Source: the human T2T-CHM13v2.0 reference genome, Homo sapiens. From it: a stretch of 64,000 bases of DNA. The notes below the pieces were generated by a model. That model worked only from the letters and a program-made list of their open reading frames with translations, was not told the DNA's origin and searched no databases. A program made the translations under genes and the position numbers. This document shows, in pieces, positions 42,671 through 57,779 of the stretch. Where the stretch lies: NCBI RefSeq assembly GCF_009914755.1, contig NC_060944.1. The stretch is one strand, 5' to 3'. Position 1 is the first letter of the stretch, and each line of letters starts with the position of its first letter.

Positions 42671-43365
42671 TCATTTTGGTTTTGATTTGTATTATTCTGA
42701 CAACTAGTGAGGCAGAGCACCTTTTCATATACATGCTTTTCATTTGTATATTTTCTATGGTGGAGTTGTAGTTTCAAATTTATCCAAACAAAAAGTACAC
42801 AAAAGAAAACAAACACAAATCTCTAGGTCCATTTAGTTTTACTGACAAATTCTGCCAGGCATTTAAGAAAGAAAGAAAGAAAACCAATCTATACATCCTC
42901 TTCCAGAAAGTGAAAGTAGAGGATATGCTTTTGAAATCATCCTATGAGGCCAGCATTATCCTAATACCAAAAGCAGATAGAAGCATTACAAGGAAAAACT
43001 GCTATAAACGTTTATTGTTCACGAATATAGACACAAACATTCATAACAAGTATTGACAAATAAAATTTAGTAATATATGAAAAGCATAACAAATCACAAT
43101 TAGTGGAGTTTATCCCAGGAATGTAAGGTGAGTTCATCATTCATCATTCAGTCATTGCAATTTACCATATTAAAATTGGAACATTAGTACATGCAGGAAA
43201 AGCCTACAATAAAATCTAACATTATTAATGAAACGTTCACATATATTAACAATAAAAATGCTTTCAAAATACATTCTTATATTCTAATAAGAGATATGTA
43301 TAAAAAAACCTACAGCTAAAATAAAACTTAGTGGTGAAAAACTAATTGATTTTCTCTTAAGCTCT
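42671..43365. mobile_element. Ancient L1M fragments (short minus piece, then a plus-strand ORF2 RT piece) between two L1PA7 5'UTR segments
   Basis: Highly diverged L1 motifs 'ctatgaggccagcattatcctaatacc' and 'gtttatcccaggaatgtaagg'. Confidence 0.7.
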
Positions 43366-43845
43366 ACAAACTTTGGTCTTTGATGTTGGTGAGCTTTGGA
43401 TGGGGTTTCTGTGTTTACGTCCTTTTTGTTGATGTTGATGCTATTCCTTTCTGTTTGTTAGTTTTCCTTCTAACAGTTAGGCCCCTCTGCTGCAGGTCTG
43501 CTGGAGTTTGCTAGAGGTCCACTCCAAACCCTGTTTGCCTGGGTATTACCAGCAGAGGCTGCAGAACAGCAAACATTGCTGCCTGTTCCTTCCTCTGGAA
43601 GCTTCGTCCCAGAGGGGCACCCACCAGATGCCAGCCAGAGCTCTCCTGTATAAGATGTCTGTCGACCCTTGCTGGGAGGCGTCTCCCAGTTAGGAGGCAC
43701 AGGGGTCAGAGACCCACTTGAGGAGGCAGTCTGTCCCTTAGGAGAGCTCAAGTGCTCTGCTGGGAGATTTGCTTCTCTCTTCAGAGCCGGCAGACAGGAA
43801 CGTTTAAGTTGGCTGAAGCTGTGCCCACTGTCACCCCTCCCACCA
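43366..43845 (-). mobile_element. Second copy of an L1PA7 5'UTR segment (homologous to ~42020-42490)
   Basis: Colinear alignment by eye over ~470 bp. Confidence 0.9.
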
Positions 43846-43847
43846 AC

Positions 43848-44140
43848 TGCTTTATCCATCTTTCTGTTGATAGGCACTTAGGTTGCTTCCAAATTTTGGC
43901 TATTGTGAGCAGTACTGCAACAAACATGGAAGTGTAGATGTCTTTTAGATATACGGATTTCCTTTCTTTTGTGTATATACCCAGCAGTGGGATTTCAGGA
44001 TCAAATGGTAGCTCTATTTCTAGTTTTTTGAAGAACTGCCAACCTGCTCTCCATAGTGCTTGTACTAATCTACATTCCCACCATCAGTTTAAGAGAGTTT
44101 CTTTTTCTCCACATCCTTTCCAGCAATTGGTATTGCCTGT
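43848..44140 (-). mobile_element. L1MA2-like element, right part
   Basis: 'ctttatccatc...cttaggttgcttccaaattttggctattgtga...ggtattgcctgt'. Confidence 0.8.
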
Positions 44141-44141
44141 A

Positions 44142-45240
<1,099 letters not shown>

Positions 45241-45834
45241 CAAAAGAAAAGAAGCTGACATTTTTTGTCCATCAGACTGCAAAACCCTACAACCATATCA
45301 ATGGGCTTATAGTTCCTAAGTGTGTAATTCCTCCCTGCCTGGGCCTAGAAGCTCCCTATCTATCCACATTCTTAGCCAGAGGTTTCCTCTTCTTATCTCA
45401 TAATACTATTTGCCTAGTTCTCAGAGACCCCAGAGTCTTAACTGTCTCTTTCTGCCTTTCTGTCCCAGAAAATTGTGATCAACTACATAGTAGTGATGGG
45501 ATTTTATCTCAGGACTTCCAGACATTTAATCCACATTTCTCTTTGAAATATAATTATCTGTTTGTAAAACATTAATACAAAATCAAAACAAATATTTAAT
45601 TTATACTATAAACTGGATATATTAGAATAATCGTTTGCATTCAAGTTAATTTATTTTACATGAAATTTAAATGCATCTTCTACCTTCTGTCTACAAATAT
45701 TTAAAATGCTTATAAATGAATCATTAATTAAGACTTGCACTACTCTAGGGCTTCTAAACTGATCTTTGTGTCACCTCTGGCCTATGCATACCTATGTAGT
45801 TATAATGTCCAAGTGCATGGACTTCTACCTAAGC

Positions 45835-46013
45835 ACCCCCTCAATCTGGAACTGCATCAAGATCACTTGACTTGTTAAAACACTGATTGCTGGGCCCCAC
45901 TCTCAGGGATTCTGATTCAGTGTTCTCCAGGTAGAGTGTGAGATTCTGCATTTCTGACTAGTTCGCAGGCAATACTGATATTGCTATACCCAGACCATAC
46001 TTGAAGATCAAGG
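45835..46013. mobile_element. MER5A (hAT-Charlie)
   Basis: 'cttgttaaaacactgattgctgggccccac...ttctgattcagt...tgcatttctgactagttc'. Confidence 0.8.
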
Positions 46014-46722
46014 GGCTACAGCACTAGCCCCTGTATCTCATACTCAAGCCTCAGTCAAAGCTTACATTTATCACTCAGAGGAAGCTTCTGTCAAAGCAGT
46101 TGTTTAATAATAAGTTCACATATAGCAGTCCATCATGTTTTAATAATCGCATATTACTGCATTACCTTTATATGATACATTTTGGCCTTTTGTCGTTTGA
46201 CTTTTACAATTACAATAAAGAATGTTACCAATTATAAGATATTGTTTGCAATTTATAACAAAATAGTGCCCTAATAATTCACTTTCAGGTTTTTAGTTCA
46301 GTTAATCTTAACACTATAAAACAAGGGTTTTTTTAAAAAAAAAAAAAAAAGTTAATACATGTAATTATGGTTTCAAATGAGTGGAATTTTCTTGACTTTT
46401 TAATCAAAACAAATAATATAAATAAATTGAATGCTGACACATTTAATGAATTAAATGCTATAACTGCTAACCATAAAAGCCAGTAACCAATATCAAACAT
46501 ATCATTATGACCCTACTATTATTATAATATTATTTTAAAAGTGATTTTTTTATTTGAATTCATACAAGAAATTGTAGGAATAAAATGTCACATTAACAGT
46601 TTCATATACCAAGTTCCCTATAAACTTTTATTTTTAAAAATGCTCTGTTTGAGAAAGAAAGATGAAGAGAGGAAAGAGGACGGGAAAGGAGAAGGAAGGA
46701 AACAAAAATCATTGATCCAGAG

Positions 46723-46897
46723 CAGTGCTTCTCAAGCATCTCAAGTATTGATGTGCTGGGGAACTTATAGATCTTTTTGGGATCCTGGTCAAGTGCAGAT
46801 TTTGATTTAGTAGGGTCTGGAGAGGGTCCATGATTCTAGCAAGCTTGTAGGGGATGCTGATGCAGCTTATCACTGGATCTCACATTGCATAGCATGG
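46723..46897. mobile_element. MER5A1-like (hAT-Charlie)
   Basis: 'cagtgcttctcaa...gtgcagattttgatttagtagggtctgg...gatgctgatgc'. Confidence 0.7.
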
Positions 46898-47470
46898 ATC
46901 TAGATCATCACATGGCTTCAGAATCACTGATGGACTATCAAGAGGGAGATAAGTAAGCATAGCATTATTGGAATGGGAGTAGGCAATAAACAGTGAAGTA
47001 TGTTTTCTATAACCCACTGAAGAGCACATTTGCTTAAAATGAAAATATAAAGTTGAAATTATAGCAATCTTATTGTCAAGATGGTTAAACACCTATTCTG
47101 ATAGTGCTCATCCATTCATTCATTCCTGCAAGAAGCATTTACTAAGTAGCTATTGTATGTCAGGAATTGACTGTAACATTGTGTTGGATATAAGACAATA
47201 AAAATCTATAGTGTGGGCTGTGCTTTAGAAATGTGAGCAAAATGTCATGAGAGTTTACAGGAAGGTGAGAAATATCCTGTCTAGGACTTGATTACTAAAA
47301 AGCATCAATTATAATAGAGCGATCACATAAATTATACTAATTATATGAATTTTTCTCAAAATGACCACCACTAAATCAGGACATTTAATTCTTCTGGATA
47401 AAATGCCTGCAGAGCAAATCAGAATAACTTTAGCTCTTAGAAAATTTATTATTAAAAGAGAAAATATATA

Positions 47471-47474
<4 letters not shown>

Positions 47475-47503
<29 letters not shown>

Positions 47504-47763
47504 AGACAGAGTCTCGCTCTGTCACCCAGGCTGGAGTGCAGTGGCAAAATCTCAGCTCACTGCAAGCTCCAAGCTCCACCTCCCGGGTTCACGCCATTCT
47601 CCTGTCTCAGCCTCCTGAGTAGCTGGGACTACAGGTGCCCACCACCACGCCCAGCTAATTTTTTTTGTGTTTTTAGTAGAGACGGGGTTTCACCATGTTA
47701 ACCAGGATAGTCTTGATCTCCTGACCTCATGATCCACCCGCCTTGGCCTCTCAAAGTGCTGGA
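47475..47763 (-). mobile_element. 5'-truncated AluY with a ~30-nt pure A tail
   Basis: 15-bp TSD gaaaatatatatctt at 47460-47474 and 47766-47780. Confidence 0.95.
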
Positions 47764-48499
47764 ATGAAAATATATATCTTATAACTTAGAAACACACACA
47801 CTTTTTAGAACAATATACCAGCTGATTCCTGTTGCAAAAAGGGAATATTCCAAAAATCAGATCACAAAAGTGATTGCATTTATGATGATTAAATATATAA
47901 CTACATTTCAAAATATATTGTAATGAACTTCTATCCTCTAACAAAACATGATATAGCATGCCATTTTTAATTTACTTGTCAATCGATCATACTTTTTAAT
48001 TTTATAATTTTACAACCATTTTTAAATTTTGTAATTCTATAATTTTACTTTTATAAGTAAATAGCATCTGTTCTCAGTTTAAATTATATTTATACAGTTT
48101 GGATTTGAAGACTATTAAAGATTCAATTTAAATAATCTAATAAAACTTTATTAGTAATACAAACTACTACTTAAAATACATTATCGCATACCATGCAAGT
48201 ATTACATAATGATTTTTGAATACTAATTTTAAAAGTCAGATTCATTATTTACTCACTTATTCATCTCATAAATAAAAATATTTTATGACATTGTTCTAGG
48301 TAACAGGGATACAGGATAATGAAAAAAGGAAAAAAAATCCTGTCTTCCAGGAGCTTATGTGATTGTTCCAGAGGACATTAAGTGAGTAAGTACAAGCAGC
48401 TGCTTATATACAGGGAACACAGGAAGGGCTGCAAGGGAAAGGAGTTGTAATCATAAATGGTGTGGTCAGGAAAGTTCTCACTGAGAAAGTGACATTGGC

Positions 48500-48977
48500 A
48501 TATGTGTGTGTGTGTGTGTATGTGTGTGTTTTTGTGCGTGAGTCTATATATAATATTAATAATAATATATATACACAATATTAGAGATACAGAGCTTTTA
48601 AGAAATTGGCTCACATAGTCATAGAGGTTGGTAAGTCTGAAATCCATAGGCAAGTGGGCAGTCTGAAAATTCAGGTAGAAATTGATGTGGCAGTCTTGAA
48701 TTTGGAGGCTAGAAACTCAGGTAGAATTTACATGTTAAAGTCTGGAGAAATAATTCCTTCTTCCTTGGGAAACCTCCATCTTTGTTCTTAAGATCTTCAA
48801 CTGATAGGATGAGAACCATCTACATTGTGGAAGGTAGTTTGCCTTACATGAAGTCTGTTCATTGTAAATGTTAATCACATCTACAAAATACCTTTACAGC
48901 AACACATGGACTAGTGTTTGGCCAAACAACTGATTACTATAGCCTAGCCAAGTTAACACACTAAATTAACAATTACA
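48500..48977 (-). mobile_element. MLT2 (ERVL) LTR
   Basis: 'aagaaattggctcacatagtcatagagg' ... 'gcctagccaagttaacacactaaattaacaattaca', preceded by TG/TA repeats. Confidence 0.8.
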
Positions 48978-51900
48978 GACAGTGAAAAGAAAGATATAGG
49001 GTTGTAGCTGGAGGATGGTAGATTGTTTAATTAATATTTCATGTGGAAAGTTCAGCCTATTCAAAGAACAATGGGAAGGATCCAGGCTAAATATTTAAGG
49101 GAGAAAGGGATAAATAATCCAAGTTAATAAAATGACTGGAAAAGATAAGATATAAAAGCCAGGTTGAGGGATAGGACTTAATTGGAAGTGATATCATCTG
49201 ACGCTAACGGAGAAGAGGGGTTAGACACTGAGAAGAGTGGAGCTATTTGAAATGACCCTCATGAAGAGTAAAAAGAATAAGATGACCATAAATCGTAACA
49301 AAATGGCCAGGAAAATGGAACTATTGAGACTGGTGACCAGGAATGTGTAATTCATGAAATAGTATAGCATATCTGCCATGTGGATCTGTTCAGATGTAAA
49401 CACAAAGATGGCAATTAAATGGGGACAAAATTAAGATATTCCAATGTAAATATGGACAAAAGAGCCAGTGCCAGCTGGGTTACTGGCAATAATATTATTG
49501 CAATAACAAATTTGGGAGTATAAGATTTAAATGGAGAGAAATAAAGGAAAAAATGAGTGAATTGAAAGAAAGAATGGATAGGGGTCTATTGAGAGAGAGA
49601 ATAATGACAGTGGGTCATGGTTCAAGTTGGGCAGAAAATTGGGAAGGAGACAACATTGTGCTTAGTGTATGACTAAGAATTCATGAAAGTTGAGCAGTTC
49701 AAGGTCCAGACAAAGTTCAAGGAGTGACTGTGGGAAGGGGCAGCTAAGGCAACTTGGAAGGGATGAGTATAAGGAAAGATATGTGGATGCTAAAGAATTG
49801 GGATGAAGAAGAAATCTATGGACCAGTTGCCCAAGTCTTTGATAAATGAAACGAGTGACCAAGATCTGGATAGAGGACAAAACCAGAGGATGGAGAAGGT
49901 GCTATGCCAGGGTAGCATGAGTTCAAAGTGGCAATGAGAAGCAAGGTGTATACCAATACACCTCCAAACTCAGAGGCACATAGAGCCAGAGAAAAGAAAT
50001 GTCACTGCTTTAAGAGGCTTACAAGGAAAGAAGTGCCCTTTGAGGAATTACAGGTTATATTCAAGGCAAGGAGGTGGAAGAAACTCCATGGTGAAAAAAC
50101 CTTTTCCAAACTTAAATAACGTTCTTCTCAAAGTTCCTGAGAGTTCATCTTTCCCTATTCATATGTACCTCATTTAGTCCTTAGTCACCCTCTCTCACTC
50201 TCTCACATCCCTAACGATCACATATTAATCTCTGTGGGCTTCTTCGTGATTGTTTTGTCCAATTTTATCTGGTATTAGTATTTTCTCATCACATGCCCAT
50301 CTGAAGATGTTGTCTTCTTTCTTAACCTAAGTACAGAAATCGGATCATGCCCTCAACAGAGTGATTCCACTAGAATTGCTGCTGCTGATCCAGCTGCCTT
50401 CTAATGATTTGATTTAGAAAAATATAATAAAATAAATAAAATAAATGCAGAGTCCAAACAAAGGGCAAAAAGAAACCCAGGACCCACTCTGACTTACACA
50501 GCTATTAGCATGTCTCTCAGAAAGGTCTTTTTCAACCAAATACCAAAACCCTGAGTTCTTTTGCACAGCTTGTAAGCAAATGTTAGCGTGTGGATTCGAT
50601 TTACATCTTCCTCGCAAAGAAAGAAAATAGGTTGTGAGGCAGAGGAGAGAGAATAACAAAGATTTATTTTGTAGAAATGGAATCACCACTGCCTGGTTAG
50701 AGATGGACTTGACTGATGAGTTTTCCGTGATAGCCTCCCAGCACTTAATCTTAGCCAAATATTAATGTGCTGAATTTATTACAGTTGAGCTCTGAAATTA
50801 AAAATGACCATCTGTGGCACATGTGTGTGGTACGTAGAACAGTAATATATTGTAGGCCAGCCCAACAAGACACAAAGGATATCGTGATTGTGACAAGGTG
50901 GGAAAACTCACTCAAACACCAAGACAGTTCAGTGAATCTAGTGGACACTGGTATTGGTCCTCTCTGCAGGTATCTGCTTTCTGAAACAATGCACGACATA
51001 TATGAGATATTTATTAATAATTCCTTCAACATACCTCTATAACAGATGGTGCGCTCTAAATCTGGAAATGCAGTTTGCTTCACTGAAACAGAGCAATCAA
51101 TTGAACAACACCAAATTCTAGAGGAAAAGATCACAAGTGTCAGACAAAAAGAAAGTAGTTTTTGTTATTGTTGTTTTGTTTTGTGGAGATCAACACTGTA
51201 ATGAAGCTCAACACTGCAAAGTTGGCCCTCTAGAATTTTCATGTGAATGTCAGGATCAAATTAGGAAAGTGTGTATATACATTTTTTGACATATATATGT
51301 ATATAAATATATGTATGCATATATACAAAGACATAAATATAGAGCATTTTCTCTAGGAAATAGAATTCACCAGAAATTAGCTCTTCCTACAAAGAGAACA
51401 GGATTTATATTTTAAGGCTAAAGATGAAAAAGCTTAATAGAAAACTTATTTTGTGACTTTTTATAGAGGAAACCCTTATAGGAAAATAAAAGGATACATT
51501 TGACTAGAAGTGGGAACCACAAAGCATAGATAAATATATTTATTTTGAATGAGTTTATTCATACTTTGAATTATCTGGGTCCAAAGAATAGAAAACAATT
51601 AGTTTACAAGTAATCTTGTTATGCCATGTCCTATGTATCGTAACAGAAATTAGGCTATAATTTGTGTGGTTTTGGTTTGTGCATACATGACTGAGTTTAG
51701 TTCGTTTGGTGAGTTGACAGCTAGACAAGATAGTATCAGAGTTCTAAAGTATTAGTGACTTGATAATACCTTCACAGTCCAAATGCTGTCCTATTAGTTA
51801 CCTGGGTCTCTTCATGGGATTCTTAAAAACATTCTGCAGAAGGAAAATTAGTGGACTAGGAATAAAAATATTTCCTTATTACTAGCTGCTCAATACCTTT

Positions 51901-52771
51901 GATATTGTCAAGTTAGTGATTTTCACACTCAGAATGTTCTGGAAAAAGTCAGAAAGGACTGGATACCCAGAAAGATGTGACATGCAATATCCACAGAGCA
52001 GAACAAACCAGAATTGCTTTGGTATTTTACATTATTCAATATCCTTTCAATTGTAAGTGATTTAAACCCAATTCAAATTGAGCAAAAAATATGAATAGGC
52101 CACGAGAAATATAAATGACCAATGAAGCAATGAAAATATTTCATACTTCGAAAGAAATTAAAATTGAAACAATGAGCAATGAGATCTTTTTATTTCTAAA
52201 ATGTGCAAGCTATTGATACAGGTTAAGAAGAATGGCCATTTTCATGCAATATGGTATGAAATGTTTTCAGAAATCAATTTGTCTAGAAAATGATAAAACT
52301 TACAAATGTGTCCTGATGTTTATTCATTTAGCAAATAATTTATTGAGTGATTATTATGTGCCAAGCACTTTGTAAAATATCTACCTCTCACAGTGGTTAT
52401 GATCTGTAAGACAAGATACACATTACAAAAAATATAGGCATACTAATAAAGTAAACAATGTAAAACTGCCATTTTGGCAAGCACTGAGAAAGATCTATGT
52501 GGACTTAAAAGTGCCTAATAAAGGTAAATTGGGCAGTCCCAGAATTTTGGGAAAATTTTCTAGGGTGCAGTAAGCCTTAAAGAATTGAGTAAGTAAATGT
52601 TTACTAGTAAAGGAAGGGAAGTGGCAGGCAAATGTAGTAATATGTACAAATAACATAAGGAAGGAAAAGGAATGAAGCACATAAAGGTCAGTGTATCAGT
52701 CAGGGTAAGCCATGCTTTGCTGCAGTAACAAACAAGCCTAACATTTCAGTGATTTAAACTACCAAAATTTT

Positions 52772-53125
<354 letters not shown>

Positions 53126-53287
53126 CAAAGTTTTATTTTGTACTCACATTTTATAGCAATTGTGAATTGACATTGCTCTAATCAGCTCTACTTCTCATTC
53201 CTCTCACTCTGGATCCATTTGATAAATCAGCCTCTGTCTAGAATATTATCAGTCACGATGGTAAGAGGAAAAGGCTAAAAGGCCTAA

Positions 53288-53735
53288 AGGTCATTATGTT
53301 AAGTGAAATAAGCCAGGCACAGACATACAAACGTTGCATATTTTCACTTATTTGTGAGATCTAAAAATTAAAACAATTGAGCTCATGGAGATAGAGAGTA
53401 GAAGAGTGGTTATTAGGGCTGGGAAGGGTAGTGAGGGTATGGGGGAAGTAGGGATGGTTAATGGATACAAAAAGGAATTAGAAAGAAAAAATAAGATCTA
53501 CCATTGAATAGTACAACAGGGTGACTATAGTCAAAAATAATTTAATTGTGCATTTTAAAATAACTAAAAGAGCATAACTGGATTGTTTGTAATACAAAAG
53601 ATAAATATCTGAGAGGATGGATGCCCTTTTACCATGAAGTGATTATTATGCATTGTGTGCCTGTGTCAAACTATCTTATGTACTCCATAAATAAATATAT
53701 CTACTATGTAACTAAAAAAAATAATTTTTTAAATA
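53288..53735 (+). mobile_element. L1MA2/3-like 3' end
   Basis: 'ggtcattatgttaagtgaaataagccaggcacaga...acagggtgactatagtcaa'. Confidence 0.87.
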
Positions 53736-56136
53736 ATAATAAGACTAGTCATGGGACCTCAACAAAAGGGCCCAGGAAATGCACTCCTACTAGGTGCCCA
53801 GCTGGAAGAAAGCCAAACTCTCAATGAATAGACTAATCATATGTCCAGTGTGGCTGGAACTGAGTGGAGGAAATATGAGCCCAAGTGAGAAAACCTGACT
53901 TTATTCTATAGCCAATGTGAAGTCACTGAAGGCTTTACACTTTCAAGAATTTTTCCTGAGGAGAAAAATTACTTAGTTATGTAACATTTAATTTACAAGC
54001 TGGTTTATCATAGTAGTGTTTATTAATTTTTTCAAATGGCCAATAAACCTAAGTATTCAACAGGAAGTCTTACTCAAAAGTCAGTTGCTGTATCTTTATA
54101 ATAAAATAGGATATAACTAGAAGTAATGGGCTTCGAAAAAATGTGACATGAAAAACATATATTAACTGAAAAAGTATGCATAAAATACAGTATAAAATAA
54201 GATCTACTTAATTTATCTGCTCAATATTTTTAATATTTTAAATATACATTTAACATATGTGCATCAAAACTCTTAGAAGTACTATATAGATTACATATAT
54301 TTTATCAGTAATTATTTAAGCTAGAATCATGATGTGCTTGGGTTTTACTTTTGTTGTTGTCATTTTATTTGTTATTACCTGTGCTTTATTTACGTCTAAT
54401 TTTTTACAAAGAATGTTATTCCTTATTAGTAGAAATTTTTTAACTGGCCAGGACTCTATTTGTGATCATTAAAAAATAAATACCTTTTCTCTTTTCTTTT
54501 TCCATTAGAAAACATGACTGCACTTTCTGTAGTCGCTTGTAAATTGCATAAAAGTTATCAACATGTTGTTTTTCTTCTTGTTTTAAGTCATCTGAACACT
54601 GAAAATTGTGTATACATTAGCACTAGCTCAGACGCAGCCTCTAGTAAGAGGAAGTTTAACATCTATTCTCATCTTTTCAATTGCCTCTTGCCATGAGCGG
54701 CCCCGCAACTCAGGTTCCGGATCCATTGTTAGTCTGAGACAATGAAATGGCAAGTTTTTACCCGTCCAAAGTAACCCAATATTTTTGAGATCACAATTCT
54801 AGAGACCAGTCAAACACTCCAAATTTATCAAGCGATAATGACTTCAGGAGAATATTCCCTGCCTTCTCTTTTTTGGCATTCTTTTGATTATGGTAAAGGA
54901 TGGTTGTAACCACCAGTAACGATTCAAGAATAACACAGGATATGTGTCACTGATGCTTTAATAAGAGCATATATATTGCTGAAAAACAGGCTGCCTTATT
55001 GTATATTCTTACTCAATCACTGGACATTTTACAGCAGTAAATTCTCTGATTTTTCAATAAAACATTTGACGCAAAAACTCAAACCATATTTCAGCTCTTT
55101 TTCAGCTGCCAAAAAAGTAAATAATCTATTTAGCCAGATTTTGCAGACATTGGCCAAATGTTGGCCTGAACTCTGAGCGTATACCTGGATGGGTTGATAC
55201 ATCTGACACAATTGGGTTACCACAAACTGGGCTGTACATGAAAGGTCTGAAGAAATTTAAAATTAGCCTGGGGTAGAAATATTCCACCAGAAAGAGTATT
55301 GGTGAAGAGGAAGATTTGGACTTCTTGTAGGGATTGTTTTGTAGCTTTGTCGCAAATAAGTATGTTTTTGTTCTTTAAAGGGGAAAAAAAGTTAAAGAAT
55401 GAGATAAGAGTCTCATTACAATCCTTGAAAACCAGCATGTTGTTTATCCAAATTACCTATTTGTGAATTCCCATCCATGGGGACATTGATAAGTGCCATT
55501 TAGGTCTCATGAGTCTTCACCGTACTTTGTATATCAAGGGGAAGTTCTAATTAAGGTAATATTTTATAATAAAAAAATTGTTATTATTTGTTTTTTCTGT
55601 TGAGCTATAGCTGGTGCTTCTTCTCACCTAGAGGTCTCCTATTTTGATCTAGTGAATGGAAGTAGGATTTGAAATAAAATTAAGGTCAAAATATGAAAAT
55701 ATGAAAAGTATTTACTGTGCAAGTGGCAGATTATACTTTTTCAACAAAATCATCTTTGAAAGTACTGGCTAATTCCTGCTTGAGAGGTACGAGTAAAGCG
55801 GCAGCCAGGAATTCTAGGAAATATTCTGCAAAATATGTCCAAAAAAGCACCAATCAATGTAAAAGAAGTTAATTAAAACTTGAGTCAGTAAGAAAAATAA
55901 ATGGTGGAAAAGGCAAGTCATCAATCACTATTTCTATTTTCTTCATCTCAAGAGAAGATAAAAAGAGCAGAGGAAAATACCAAGAAAGGATTCAAGTCTG
56001 ATTAACTCCACCAAATATTTATTTAGAGGCTACTCTATAAAAACATAGATGTACTTCCTCAAGTGAGAAAAAATCTATGATAAACAAAGTCCTTTTACTA
56101 GAATCTCTAAAGCGTAATTAGAAATAGGTGAATCTC

Positions 56137-56470
<334 letters not shown>

Positions 56471-57224
56471 TCAGCACCTCCTAGGGACATCAAGACAAAT
56501 CCCGGTTGGGCTGGTGTCAGATGCTATTAAGAAGTAGTAAAAAGGCTAAAATCTAGTTATAGTAGCAGAAGTAGTGTTAGGGTATGGCCAGGGTCAGATA
56601 TCAGGAGAACCCAAGGCCACATCAAACTCTAGTGGGCAGATGAGAGCAACAGTTAGGTATGAATCAAGGCCCTTAGAAGTTATCAAAATGAGTAGTACTG
56701 GAAACCAGCGTATATATACTGTCTTTGGTGGTGGTTGGAATTGAGATTCTGCGAAAAGTTAGGTCTCCATCTGGATGAGCACAACTTCATAAGGCACAAC
56801 ACTCCAAGTTTATCTATCACCAAACACAGTGATTAAATTTAAATGTTTATTTCCAATAGATATTTCTACCCAACAAGGCAAGTGTAGAAGCCTCCATTGT
56901 CTGAGCTTGTCAATTGCATGCCTGGTCTCATCATGGCCTTACCACTGGCCTAAACCCACTGAACTCTCCTGATTTATGTATTTATATTCATAATTTCCAA
57001 TAAATTTCTTTAGCTTTGCATTTCTCATAACATCCTGTATATGTGTGTATAAAATTAAACTAAAAATCCTTTGTGATAGTACAAATGAATAATGTCAAGA
57101 AAGCTCAGATATTAACCCCAAACTTTTAGAAGATAACATCTACATTCCCTATTTCCCTTAAAAATCTTACCATCAGTAATTAACATAAAATCAGAGACTT
57201 CAAGCTGGAAGTTAAGAGGTCATC

Positions 57225-57778
57225 TGTGACAGTTTTATTAAATGTCCACAAATTTTGGACACTCTTTCCTTCAAAAGTGGGATTACATCTCTCTTTCATC
57301 CATCTTTGTGGGCTTCTGACTCACTTGCAAATGGTCAAAAGAGGTAGCACAATTTCTGAGGCTATATCATAGTGGGTAATGCAGCTTCTGTCTTGAGCGC
57401 AGGGACACATGCTTTTACTTATATCCATGAGCTTACATATAAGAACCCTAAATATCCTGAAGAAACTATAATGTGCAGAAGTTGAGGACACAGAAAAAAA
57501 TCACATATACATGCTCCAGTGGCAGCCCCAGCTAATCTCTCAGCCAAGTGCCAGGAAAACCTGAGTGAGGTACCTTGGACATTCAGTCCAGTAAGCCTTC
57601 TTTATATGGTTGCAACTACAGGCAATATATAGCTGCAACTGCATGAGACACGCCAAGTGAGACTACCCAGGCAAACCCTTCTGAATTCCTGACCCATAAA
57701 AGCTAAGGCAAAATAAATTTTTAAGCCTATACATTTAGAAGTAATTTGTTATACAGTGATAGATAACTAACTGATATA
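57225..57778 (+). mobile_element. MLT1G/H-like LTR
   Basis: 'tgtgacag...atgtccacaaattttggacactc' ... 'gaattcctgacccata...gtaatttgttatacagtgatagataact'; TSD tcatc/ccatc. Confidence 0.75.
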
Positions 57779-57779
57779 C

